DNA of 64,000 bases. It comes from Chiloscyllium plagiosum (taxonomy: Eukaryota). The stretch spans positions 71,936,055-72,000,054 of the forward strand of contig NC_057719.1 in the NCBI RefSeq assembly GCF_004010195.1, given 5' to 3'. A model generated the notes under the pieces. It worked only from the letters and a program-made list of their open reading frames with translations. It was not told the origin of the DNA and ran no database searches. A program made the position numbers and the translations under genes. Numbering within the stretch: position 1 is the stretch's first letter; every line of letters starts with the position of its first letter. Shown in pieces: positions 25,013 through 38,239 of this stretch.

Positions 25013-25432
25013 CTTAAACTGGTGACCCATTGTTGTTCCCATTCCACTGAAGGGGAGAATCCATTGATCCAACACCTTTACCTTCTATTTCACCATAAAA
25101 GATACATCGGTAGGTCAGGAAAGTTCTGCTTCAAATACTCAGATTGAGCTCGGTTTCTGTCATTGGAGTCCAACTTTAATATTGACCTGAGGTTAGATCA
25201 TGGGTGGCTTCTAATCCAAGATAAATACATTGGGGATGGTGGAGGGGTGAAGGTTGCTGCACATGTGCTAGAATAAAGCAGGTAAGTTTAAATTGTATTT
25301 TTTTCTTGTTTCCTCTGTTCCTCAGAGAACTATGGATCCTTGATTCCCTGCAGAACATGGTCACCCCATGAATCGTTATGACCCACTTACGTGAGAATCA
25401 GGAACTGTTCCATTCTGCTTAATAAGTCAAAA

Positions 25433-26329
25433 CAACAACAGAGTGTGGGTGTTTGATTTTAATTTGTGCATTGACTATCTCAAGTGTTATTTCCAGGGCG
25501 GATTCCTCCCACATCCCCCCTCCTGCCCATTGCCCAAGCTGTGATTGCCACCTTGGCTTCAGACAGGACTCTAATCTATTTCATGCTGGTCAAGAATGCA
25601 AGCTAGAATCATTTTAATATTCTAGTAACTCTGGCATTTGAATGTGCCCATCATCCATCAGACATCAATAACACTTTCTGGTAAAATCAGCCATTTGTTT
25701 CTATTGCAGATTTAATGTTAATCCTTCCACAGTGAAAGTGGTATAGCTTCTAAATTTTTCTCCTCAAAAAATTATGAGTCAACATATAAGAAATGCTCTT
25801 CCTAATATATCCCAGGGAGAAGCTCCTTAAACTGTGGGAGTCAAACCTTCAAACAGCAGTATATGCAACTGTTGTCAACAACCCTGCCTTCATCTCCACC
25901 ATTGCCTCAGTCCACTTCTCTGTCTCAATGTCCATGGCTCTGTCTCTCTCAATCTCTGTTTCTTTCCTCTTTATCTCCTCTTTGGCTTGTCTGTGACTCA
26001 CTGGACTGAAATGTTTTGATTGGCGTTAATTTAATCTGCTTATTTTAAATGAATGAAATCACCATTAAAGTAAAGACAAACTGAGCTTTTTTTTATCTAT
26101 CTCTTCTTTCTATCTTCTTATTTTTGCTCTTCTCTGTTCTCTTGCTGTCTGTTTTTCTCTTTCTGTCTCTCATACACAGACATATCTTAGGGTAAGGTGC
26201 CAGTAGCCTGAAACATATGATATTCATTAAAATCAATATTTTCCTCTCTGTGGAATTGCCTGATAAACCAGAGCAACAACTGAGTGTGGGAGATTGATTT
26301 TAATTTGTGCATTGACTGTCTCAAGTGTT
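25433..26329 (+). repeat. 56-bp direct repeat pair (25433-25488 and 26274-26329)
   Basis: 52 of 56 positions identical by manual alignment. Confidence 0.85.
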
Positions 26330-26929
26330 GTCCTTTTGCACCAAAACAATTGAGATATGGAATATTGTGAGTAGAGATTTGAAAGAGGAAGGGAAATTGG
26401 GAAAAGAGAAGAGTGAAAGATTGCTGCAGCAGAAAATTCATCTCTATAATTGCACAGTGACCTCCTTTTGTTTTCTGTCTATGTAAATGTATTGCAATGT
26501 TCTCCTGAATTTGTGTAGGTGACTTTTCTCATCATAGTTTTCCAGTTTTCAAAAATCATCCTATTCACCTTTCTGTTCATCTACGAAAGGGTAAATGTAG
26601 GTTTTTTATATTGCATGTCAACACACATGACTATTTTTAATACATGCTGAAGTGTTCCTGATATTGCTGCTAAGAGCTGATTTATGAGCTAATGTTCAGG
26701 ACTAACCTGTATCTAATCCAGTCTTCATTGTGTGTAAGGATGGTATGATGGGTTGAATTGCATCCCACCATTGCAGCAAGTCTTTGCACTCCCTAGCAAT
26801 AGCCACATGCACAAAATGGTTAGTATAATTACAATAACTCAATTTCTTATTGCAGCAAATAAGTGGTCTATGTCAGCTCAACCTCACATGAGTACAATAC
26901 TGCTGAGGGATCGAATAGAAAAATGAGAA

Positions 26930-27255
26930 GTGATCTTATTTAAACATAAACATTTAGACAAAGATTCAGAGGGCACTTGACTGGTTAGATGCTGAGTGGA
27001 TGTTTCAAAGGAGAATTTAGGACTGGGAAGCATGGTTTCAGAACAAAGGGTCACCTGTTTAATATGGAGATGAGGAGGGCTTCCTTCTCTCAAAGTGTTA
27101 TGAATGTGGAATTCTCCCCCGGAGAGCATATGGAAGCTGAGTCATTGAGTGTGCTCAAGGTTGAGATGAAGACTTTAGATCTATAAAGGAATCAAGGATT
27201 GCGTTAGGAGAGGAGACAGAAAGTGGAGTTGAGGTCAAGATCAAACCAATCATGG
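26930..27255 (+). mobile_element. Old CR1 3' fragment
   Basis: gatcttatt...ttctctcaaagtgttatgaatgtggaattc pattern shared with the other CR1 3' ends. Confidence 0.65.
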
Positions 27256-27261
27256 GGCAAG

Positions 27262-30200
27262 GCAATGCCCTTGTAATGTTATCACAAGATTATTAATCTA
27301 CAAATTCAGCAAATGCTCTGGTTACTTTGATTTGAATCCTTTCACGGCAGATGGTGGAATTTAAATTCCTTAAAAAGTCTGGAATTAAGTATCTACTGAT
27401 GAAACCATTGTTGATTATCAAAAAAACCCATCGTGTTCATGAATATACTTTAGGGAAGGAAATCTGCCATCTACATGTGACTCCAGACGCAATGTCCTTG
27501 ACTCTTAACTGCCCTTTGAAATGGCCTAGCAAGCCATTCAGTTATACCAATTGATACAAAGTCTTAACAAGGAAATGAAACCAGATGGATCACCCGGCAT
27601 TGACCTAGGCACCGGAAAAGATGATAACTGAAACAACCCTGTTAGCCCTGCAAAGTCCTCCTCACTAACATCTGGGGACTAGCGCCAAAATCCGGAAAGC
27701 TGTCTCACAGACTAGTCAAGCAACAGCCTGACACAGTCATACTGATGGAATCATACCTTACAGACCATACCCCAGACACCGTTGTTGCCATCTCCGGATA
27801 TGTCCTGAACCACCAACAAGACAGACCCAGCAGAGGTGGCAGCCCAGTGGTACACAGTCAGGAGGGAATTGCTCTGGGAATCCCCAACATTGACCCAGGA
27901 TCCCATGAAGTCTCATGGTTTCAGGTTAAACATGAGCAAAGAAACCTCCTGCTTATTACACATATCATCCTCTCCCAACTGATAAACAATATTCTTCTAT
28001 GTTGAACATGGTAGTGAGGGAATCAACAAGAGAGAAAAAAACATACTTAACCTCATCCTTACCAATCTTCCAGCTGCAGATACATCTGTCCATGACAGTA
28101 TCGGTAAGAGTGACAACCGTACAGTCCCACCTTCACATTGAAAATAACCTGCATCAGGTTGTGTGGCTCTGTCACTGTGCTAAATGGGAAAGATTTCAAA
28201 CAGATCTAGCAGCTCAAGACTGGGCATCCATGAGGTGCTGTGGGCCATCAACAGCAGCAGAATTATACTCCAGCACAATCGGTAACCTCATGGCTTGACA
28301 TATTTCCCCCAATCAACCATTACCATCAAGCCAGAGAACCAATCCTGGTTCAATGGAGAGTGCAAGAGAGCATGCCAGGAGCAATTCCAGGCATACCTGA
28401 AAATGAGGTGTCAACCTGGTGAAGCTACCAAACAGGACAACTTGCACATGAAACATTATATACAGCAAGTAATAAACAGAGCTAAGCGATCCCACAAACA
28501 ATGGGTTTGACCGACATTCTGCAGTGCTGCCACATCCAATCATGAATTATAGAGGACAATTAAACAACTCACTGAAGGAGGAGACTCCACAAATATCCTC
28601 ATCCTCAATGACAGAAGACCCAGCACATCAGTGCAAAAGATAAGGCTAAAGCTTTCACATCAATCTTCAGCCAGAAGTGCCAAGTGCTAGATTCATCTCA
28701 GCCTCCTCTAATAGTCTCCAGCATCATTGGTATCTGGCTTCAACCAATTCGATTCATTCCATGTGATATCAAGAAATGGTTGGAGGCATTAGATACCACA
28801 AAGGCCATGGGCTCTAACAATATTCTAGCAATAGTACTTGGCCTCCAGAACTTGCTACTCCCCTTGCCAAGTTCTTCCAGTACAATTACAACACTGGAAT
28901 CTATCTAACAATGGGGAAAATTGCCTAGTAATGTCCTGTACCCAAAAGGAAAATAAATCCAACCCAGCCAATTACCACGCCATCAGTCTACTCTCTATCA
29001 GCAGTAAAGTGATGGAAGGTGTCCATCTACAGTGCTATCAAGCAGCATCTACTCAGCAATAACCTGCTCAGTGACACCTAGTTTGGGTTCAACCAGGGCC
29101 ACTCAGCTCCTGATCTCATTACAGCCTTGGTTCAACCATGGATAAAATAACTGAACTCCAGAGGTGAGGGAAGAGTGACAGTCCTTGACATCAAGACTGC
29201 ATTTGTCTGGATATGGCAATGAAGACTGCTAGCAAAACTGGAAACAACAGATATCAGGGGTACTGATTGGAGTCATACTTGGCACAAAAAAAGATGTTTA
29301 TGATTGTTGGAGGTCAGTCATGTCAGCTCCAGGACATCTCTGCAGGAGTTCCTCAGGGTAGTGTCCTAGGCCCAACAACCTTCAACTGCTTTATCATTGA
29401 CCCTCCCTCCAGGTCAGAAATGAGAATGTTCGCCAATAACTGCATGATGTTCAACACCATTCACAATTCCTCAGATACTGAAGCAGTCCATGTTCAAATG
29501 CAAGAAGATCTGGATAATATCCATGCTTGAACTGACAAATGGCAAATAACATTCACACCACACAAATGCTAGGCTATGACCATCACCAATAAGAGACAAT
29601 CTAATCACTGCCCCATGACATTTAATGATGTCACATCACTGAATCCCCTCTATCACCATCCTGTGAGTTACCATTGACCAGAATCTCAATTAGACTCATC
29701 ATATAAACACAGTGGCTAGAAGAGCAGGTCAGAAGCCAAGAATACTGTGGCAAGGAACTCACTTCCTGATTCCCCTCAGCCCATCCACCATCTAGGAGGC
29801 ACCAGTCAGGAGTGTGATGGAATACTACCCACTTGTCTAGATGAGTGCACCCCCAACAATACTTGAGAAGTTTGACACCAACCAGGTCAAAGCTGCCCGC
29901 TTGATTGGCCCCACATCTATAATCATCCACTCCCTCCTCCACCGATGCACAATGGCAGCAGTAGGTACTGTAGTGTCTAGGTACACTACAGAAATTTACA
30001 AAGAGCCTCAGACAACACCTTCCAAACACAAGACCACTTCTATCAAAAAGGACAAAGGCAGCAGATACATGGGTACACCACCACATGCAAATTTCCCTTC
30101 CAAGTCACTCACCATCCTTACTTCCACTGTCTCTAGGTCAAAAATGTGGAATTCCCTCCCTAAGGGCATTGTGAGTCCACCAACAGCACATGCCAGTTCA

Positions 30201-30297
30201 AGACAGCAGCTGGCCACCACTTTCTCAAAGGCAATTAGGGACAGGCAATAACTGCCAGCCCAGTCAACGATGCCCAGAACCCACAAATGAATAAAAT
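27262..30297 (+). mobile_element. Near-full-length CR1/L2-group LINE of a second family (5' leader, EN, RT, 3' tail), decayed
   Basis: EN: NIWGL, ESYL...GYVL..QDR..RGG; RT: NPANYHAISLLS, LDIKTAF, AGVPQGSVLGP, MFANNC (decayed FADD); tail ends aatgaataaaa. Confidence 0.85.
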
Positions 30298-31550
30298 ATT
30301 GAATGACAGAGCGGGCATGAGGGGCCATATGGCCCACTTTTGCTCCTATTCCTTAGGTCCTGTCACAGTACACACTAACTAAATTCATCTGTAAACAAAT
30401 GATAAATATCAAAGTTAACAATTTGAAAAATTATCTGAGACTAATAATAAGTTTGGGAATTCTGAGAACCATGAGCAGCAGCATTTATGGAAGATTAGTG
30501 CTGCTTATGACTTAGTGACAACAGACATTGCCTTCGATTGATTAATGTGATAATACATGGAATAAGCTAATGGAAGTTTGAGATAATGTTACAATGTTAA
30601 AGTCTCAGATGCAACAGTAAATACATCTGCTGTGCTTCTGCATCAGCATAGCATCATTTATTATTTATTTTCCACTGGGTTAACTCTTAACTCAGTGCCT
30701 TACTTGTCCCTGGTTGCAAATCATCCAGCTGCACAAGTACCAATTTGTCGTGTTTAATATCTCCGTGTCTGCTGTGCCTATTGCGTGCCAGTGTTTTAGA
30801 TGCATCAAATGTCAGTTGGGCCAACTGCTAATATTTCTTCCCTCTTTGACAGTAAAGTGCCTGTTTATAGAGACTGCGATGTCAAAACGTATTAATCCCA
30901 CAAGCAGGAGCTGCAGTAAGAAGTCTAATGCACTTTACGTTTCAGTGAACCATGTTGTGATTTTTTTAATCCTCTTTAAAGCACAGTCATTTCAGGGCAA
31001 TGCACTTTGTGACTGCAGCTCCTGGTTAAATTTGAGAGCCAAGCTATGCACCCAGTTCAGGCCCTTTTTCTGTAACTCTTATCTCCGCGTGTTTTTGAGT
31101 AGTTAGGCAAGGTCTTAAGTGGTGTACAATGCAGAAAGAAAGCAAATTATTTTGTACACAGTCTCATATTGAGTAACACTGATTAGACCTCAGCAGAAAG
31201 CAGTGAATTGATTCTGCTTTGTTGTTCATATATTTCTATCAGATTTGAATGCTGAATGGAATGGAGCAGATAAAATTCTTAAATAATACATTTTTAGTGT
31301 AAAGCGTGGCATTACATTCTGTGTGGTCAAAATATAATGCTGCCAGTTTCCATTAGGGGAAGAATCCTAGGTTTTCCCTATTAGACTCTATTATTAGGAC
31401 CAAGCAGTCATGTACAAAGACCTAATAACTAAAAGTGGAGTCATGTATTATGAATAGACTTTATACATGTGATGTCAAGCAAACCAAGTGGTTGAAGTAA
31501 CACACAGACAAAGAGGAATTGTTGATTAGCCTCCACACTTCACATCAACC

Positions 31551-31660
31551 CTGATGGACAGTCATCTGGACTCGATACGTTAGCTTGCTCTTTCTCTCCA
31601 TATCTTGCCTGACCCACTGTTGTTGTTTTCAGTACAGATTTCAGCATTTGCAGTATTTGC
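31551..31660 (+). repeat. Degenerate Penelope pLTR-derived mini-repeat
   Basis: ctgatgga-cagtcatctggact-cgatacgtta...gcctgacc...cagcatttgcagt. Confidence 0.5.
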
Positions 31661-32689
31661 TCCTCCTTTATTTCCCTGTTACTAGGTTACACCTTTTCAT
31701 GCAAAAAATATTTTAAAGTGGCAGGCAGCAAATTCCAACAGCAATTTAATATTGATTTCCTGAGTTGAAAGACAATGTGTTTTTGCCTCATTTCCTTTTC
31801 ATGTGGGAGAAATGGTTTCATGGGGTTTGAAGTTATCCTTTATTGCTGCTGCTGCTACCAAATAACTTGACACAATGCTGCTCCAATGGCATTCCCCTTT
31901 TATTTATATTTCTCAAAGGGCGAAAAGGGGAAAGAGAAATATCAAAATTCAAAAGAAACTATATTGCAGTTGAATCTCTGTCCATAATTATCTTTGTACT
32001 CACATTTGCAGCATGACTTTGTTAGAGCAACAGTAAACATCCCCTCTCAAAGGGAGGAAGTGACAGTTCTGTCTTTTGTGCTACTACAGGACAATCACTT
32101 GGCCTGGCAGAATAGTTACTGTGGCACAGGGGTGGAAGCTTCAATAGCAGATACTGATGAACCTAGTCAAGATTCCAAGATTGATTTAATGAGTAGAAGG
32201 CTGTGCAGAGCTTGCATTGTTTGGATCAATCATGGTGTCACAAAGTTGACTAATGGAACTTTCTGTCTTGATCCATATTGATAGATATCTCCGCGATGGC
32301 CTCAACAAAGGATTGATACCTTTATTTTACATTCTGGCTCTAGGTCCTATGACTCCTTAGGTAAAAAACAGTTTTTTTTTATTTTTCTAATGAATTGATC
32401 AGAGATGTTATTACACACCTCTGCAGCTGGTAGGACTTGAACCCAGGTCTACCAGTCATGTGGTGGTGACTCTACCTGTGAGGCGCAAGAGCTACAGTAG
32501 CACCTTGTGAATCACTTGTGCTTCTCCTTGCTTTGAACCATAGAATAGCTGTTCCAACCTGAGTGGGTGCTTCGGGCTAATCCTTGCCAGGATGGGACTA
32601 CTAAGAGATACTTTGGGTAATGGAAGTGAGTGGTCTGCTCCCGCAAGAAGACTCCCTCTCCACAAAGGGAGATTGTTTAGGTTATTAGA

Positions 32690-32862
32690 TTAGATTAGAT
32701 TCCCGACAGTGTGGAAACAGGTCCTTCGGTCCAACAAGTCCACGCTGACCCTCCAAAGAGTAACCCACCAAGACTCATTTCCCAACATTTACCCCTGATT
32801 AATGCACCTAACACTATGGGCAATTTAGCATGGCCAGTTCCCCTGACCCACACATCTTTTGG
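32690..32862 (-). mobile_element. HE1-type SINE 3' half
   Basis: (TTAGA)n tail and reverse-complement similarity to 6285-6415. Confidence 0.8.
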
Positions 32863-34599
32863 AATTATTGAGCCAATAGAAAGCCAAAGCATGTTTAGAA
32901 TAAGTTACGTAGTTACTTGTTAGCAAACTATTTAGGCAAAGAGATTACATTTGAGCGGCAGGAACTATTGATACATATTGGCCTCAAAATGTCAACTTTG
33001 TTTCTCTCTCCAAAGATGCTATCAGACCTGCTGAGTTTCTTCTGCATTTGCTGTTATTATTACTGTTGATGCATGATAAGTTGACTTTCCTTACCAAACT
33101 GCAATCAGTGCTTCTAATTTTTGATCACCTATCAATACACCTTGTGCTTGATCATCAGCTCTACAGTGCCTTCTTTGAAAGAGATGACAAAGCATAGATT
33201 TAGGCATCCTCTCCTAATGGCATTGTCCTATTGGTTTTGAATACAGTTTTCTCCTTCAAGAGGAAGGCATTGAATGTGAATGCATCCTGCCTGCTTTCAG
33301 GATATAACCCAAATGTCAATGAAGATGGGATAAAAACAGGTGCAAGATGGTGATGTAAATATAGCACTGAAACTTTCACATCTTCCAGAATATGCTAGGC
33401 AGACAGTGACAGATCAGTAATAGGGAGCTAATATGAAGTGTCTATGTTTCTAAATCTTTTGGTTTGCAAAAATTTAAAGTCTAATATTATATACTAATTA
33501 AAATATATTCCAAAAAATGTTCTTGAATGATTGAATTCCCTCCTGATGCTGACATGTTCCGTAAAGTGGGGCGGTAGAGGTGTCGGCATTGGGAGTGGGG
33601 AGTTCTCCAGGATTTTCAATCTTTTACAGTGGGTCCAAAGGAATGTGTCTACAAATATACTGAGGTTCTCCTGCAAAGAAAACTTAGAAATCTGTTGTTA
33701 TAGAATGGGTGATTGTGATGCCAATGCAAATTGTGCACTCACTGTGTCTCCTGAAGGGTTTCTGTTGTGATATCACATCACTTACACACATCATGACATT
33801 TGAAAACACTTCAGTTTGTGTTAGGGATATTCATCAATAAATGAGATATTTTACCAGGAAACCTTCTTAAGCAATGCAAACACTGAGCAGCGACTACATT
33901 TAAAATGCTGTTAATGTTTATGTATCTACACTTATCTATGTTTTTTTTAAATCAGCTTACACAGTAAATAAGTAAATCATCATATTGTGTAAGCAGTTGG
34001 TGTTAATGCAGTGCTCTACATAGTTAATATTTTAACAACCTTACATTTTAAAATTGTTTAGTTTCCCTGCATAAATGTGTAATCATGTTTCTATTTCTTT
34101 GTATGAAAGCCTTTTCATTTTAAATTTCAAGTGTCATAACAGAAATGACAAGATGAGGTAAACAGCATGAATAGAAAAAGCACAGCAACACAACTAGGTA
34201 ATGCCAGAAGAGCACAACACTGTCACTCACAATCTGATGCCTCGGTCACATAAGATAACTTGGCAGTTATGAGAGAAGGGGGATGTGACAAAACTCAGCA
34301 TGCTGCATCTCAGTCAATCCAACTGTGAAGCATGAATGGGGCAGTTCCTACAGAGAAATTAGTTCCCCAGGTGAGAGATCAAAATATGTGCTAAAGTGTA
34401 ACAAAATGGGAACAAAACTGATGTGAAGTAATTTTTGTCCATTCTGCATTTTCCATCAATGTGGCCTTTTAGACTGCTATTATTTCGAGAAGAAAGATAA
34501 CATTTAGGTTTTAACTAATTCTATATTGCAATACTGAAGCTTCATTTTTTTCCACAATTATAAAGATTGCTGCAGATTTAAATATCTACTTGTTGCAGG

Positions 34600-35566
34600 A
34601 TGTTTTGATGTCGGATCAGAGCCCCAAAGTATTATGAGGATTTTTAGCTTCTGATTCCAAAATGTGATTTTAAAAGAGAATTGCTAGAAGAGACAAAAAC
34701 AAGGTTATGGATATAAATTCAGTCACTGTCTGGCTAATTCCTGTGTGGAACACATGCGATGTGTACCTGCAGAATGTCAGGGAACATTTCAAACAGATAG
34801 AGAGACAAAACAGGAAGACGTATTGAAGGACCTGAGTATCACACCCCACTGAACAGAAAGCCAATTCCTGCAGACATTTGTTTGCATTTTGATCTCCCAG
34901 GAATACACTAAAAAAGGGTTAAGAATTGACTGGAATGTCTGCCCTAGTGGGAGAAGGTGTTCTTTAAACTGAGCTTTATGTCTGCTAGCCAAGCATGCAT
35001 GTCCTGTCAAGGTCACAGTCAATGAACCATGTACATGTAAACCCTGTGCTGCAGGTAAAATGACTTTCTTGCTCTATGTGCTAGAAGTGAAATAGCCAGC
35101 AAGTCAGCCTGAAGGAAACAGGATAGGAAGGATTGCCTCACTGAGTGCTGCCAATTCACCATAGCCAAAGGAAACTGGACAAAAGGACTTCAACTAACCT
35201 GAAAAGGATCCCAAAGTTGGCTGTTCAACAATCACATTCCGCCATTAACTCTCCATGAACCACCCAGAGAGACAGATGCATAAATCTTTTAACTTTTATC
35301 TTGCTTTGGATTCACACCTTATTTGTAATCTATGTTTTCTTGCTTTTGTTTATTAATGCTATTCATGCTCAGTAACTAATAAACTCTCTCATGTTAACAT
35401 AACAAAGACTAGTGAAATGAGCTTTCTTAAAATTATAAATTCATTTGATCTGGGAGGAAGATATTCATAAAAGAGTAATCCCTTTTAAACTAACTTCTTT
35501 GTAACCAAACAAGGGACAGGTGGATAAAGAAAGGAAACCAATTTAATCCTCCTCAGATTTATTGTA
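34600..35566 (+). repeat. Probable old solo LTR
   Basis: 3' part resembles 14030-14215; AATAAA at about 35378; boundaries uncertain. Confidence 0.35.
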
Positions 35567-37317
35567 TCTTAAGCAGAGCTTGTAGTCATTCCTTCAAGCT
35601 TATCTGCTGCTAAGAAACTAAAAGTGGGTAAAGACTATCTATCTTTTACCAAACGTGTGAATTTTTAAAATAAAATGGAACAGGTAAGGCTTGTTGTTAA
35701 ATGACATATAAATTGTTGTGGACTAGTTTCATGATTATATATTTATAAGTATCCATTTTTTTTTCTTCTAAGGCTCCACATCAGTCCTCTGAAAAACCAT
35801 TGTCCATGCATCAAATCTGAAGTGCAGTCACTTAAATGCTCAACATATTGGGGTGAATACTGAAATCATGTTCATCTCTCAAGGCCAAGCAACTAACAGC
35901 CTCTCTTTGTCACAATCTTGCCCCTGTAATGAGAGAAAATTATCTGAAAATTTGACAAAATCTTAAAGAATTTTTACTGGCATTTAAAGGGATCCTTTTC
36001 GAATAAATGGGACCCAGGATAGTGAACTAAGAAAGAGAGACACGTTTTACAAGCTCTACTCAGGATTTAGTTGGGCCAGTATTGATCTCACCCTGCAGTT
36101 AGACAACCAGCAGGGAACCCTATGAAGACATAGAGGAGGCCCAATGGTAATAAATTCCCTCCTTATGTAATACTGGGCTTTTTCCATGATTGAAGTCTCC
36201 CGAGATATATGTACAGCTGACAGCTGTTGGCCAATCTGAGGCCAACAAGTTCTCATTGCTGCCACCACCAGCCTATCAAGTGACCACTGCTAGCAATGCA
36301 CCAACCAGAGGTCAAGGGTCAACACAGGAACCCAGACTAAAGGTGAGTGAAGGCAAAAAGATGTCATGTAGTGGGATCAAGGGAGGATGGAGGCAAGTGC
36401 AGGGAATGGTTTTTTTCATTATCCCACCTTCATCACACCATACGCCTCATGGAGTGTGCCTGAAAATGAGGGAGTCTTCATTTCCCATGACCTCATTTGA
36501 AAATCTGACAGGTTTTGCCTTCTGAGACCACATGATAGCTGTGTCATTTTCATTTAATCCCTGAGCCGCCATTAAATTTTGGCAAACTTAAACACTCCAG
36601 TTTGGAATATGATATCTCTTCATTGGTGCCCCACGAAATGCAGCTTCTTTCTTTCAATCATTCTGATGAGGTTTCTCCAATGGCATTGGAAAGCAGGTGG
36701 GGTGGGACCGCAATGTGATCATTTTACCTCACCCAATTAATCTAAAGATTAAAAAATTTGAGAACTTAACAGACCAGACTTTGAATATCATGTTTGGTTT
36801 TGTTCACCTAGGGCTCGTTAAGCAAAAACAAGGGAGAATGCTGAATTCTGCTAAGAAATAAATATGGTGAGATAGACCATGTCTTAAAAGAGGATGACTG
36901 AGAAGGCATCTCATGCAAGTAAATAATGGAGGAGAGATAAGGCTGGAATATTACCCGAGGTAATCCATGGGGCACACGTGCAAAGATAAATTTGAGACTA
37001 GTGTCAAAAAGGTGTTCTGAAGTATTTTTTTCTCGATGGTTTAATGTCTAAATTTTGTGGATGTATTAAAATGTTGAACCAAAAAAAACTTAAATGGGAA
37101 GTTGCATTCAAATTCATATTCCTTAGCTGTTATACTAGAATAGATTGATTTCAGCTATATACTCGACATTTTGCTCTCATTTGGAATCAACATTGTCTTA
37201 AGTCGGGGTTTTAAATTTAAGTTTAAGATATTGATTAAGCACTGAAACCAAGGTAAACTACTAAAGTGGATTTAGTTTGAATATGTCCATCACCTTAGCA
37301 TTAACTGTATAAGCTGA

Positions 37318-37466
37318 AAATCACATAACACCAGGTTATAGTCCAACAGGTTTAATTGGAAGCACACTAGCTTTCGGATTCCAATTAAACCTGTTGGATT
37401 ATAACCTGGTTTTGTGTGGTTTTTAACATTGTACACCCCATTCCACACCGGCATCTCCAAGTCATG
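37318..37466 (+). mobile_element. Fold-back mini-element of the 18435 family, centre deleted, with perfect 14-bp TSD
   Basis: ACTGTATAAGCTGA at 37304-37317 and 37467-37480; inverted arms aaatcacataacaccaggttatagtccaacaggtttaattggaa / ttccaattaaacctgttggattataacctgg. Confidence 0.88.
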
Positions 37467-38239
37467 ACTGTATAAGCTGAGTTGATTATTTGTTATGGAG
37501 AGACAGTAACCATGCATTTTATAGATTTCTTTTGTTGGCAGACTCAGAGATTATTTTCACACAGATGGTAATTTAACAATACAGGTGTAAAGAGCTGAAT
37601 CAATAAAATCAATATTCCATGGCTTGTCTGTGTGACATATAGAAAAGCTCTGTCTGGAGTTATTGGAAGGATTCCTATCAGCTATCAACTGCTTCATTGT
37701 GTTAAGAGCCCCTGTTATTAAGTGGACAAAGCAATTTAACAAGTGAAGGACAAGGAGGCTTCTCATTTTCACATGACTTGTGGAGTACGAGTGCCTCTTT
37801 CTGTTCAATGTGAGGACTGTACCATTAGATTTTCACCTTTTTTTACGCCTAAAATAAAATAGGGACAAGATAAAAGGATTGTATGTTTGATATTACTGTT
37901 GAAACACCATTGAAATATAACAGTATAGGGCTACTATTGTCTCTTCCTCTCTCTATTTGCCCAGTGTCATTATCATAGGTCAATAGTCATGTGATTAGAC
38001 GCGAGGATCTGTCAGATGTTATAGCAGTCAACTCACCAATGAGTATGAAGTTCAGAAGACGTTGCAGTTCGGTCATGTCCCTTTTTGCTCTGTTAGAAGT
38101 TTCCAGGACAGAAGGGCTGATTGATCAACCCATATTGATGTATTAATAGCCAGAAGTGTGGTAAATGTGTGCAGATGGCATTATCAATGCTGTATATTGA
38201 TTGTCCACATCAACAAGGGTCCTATTGTTGTGCATGGCA

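Noticed and set aside
30714..31106. 130-aa ORF
   Set aside because: Non-ATG start, no recognisable domain, composition typical of non-coding DNA
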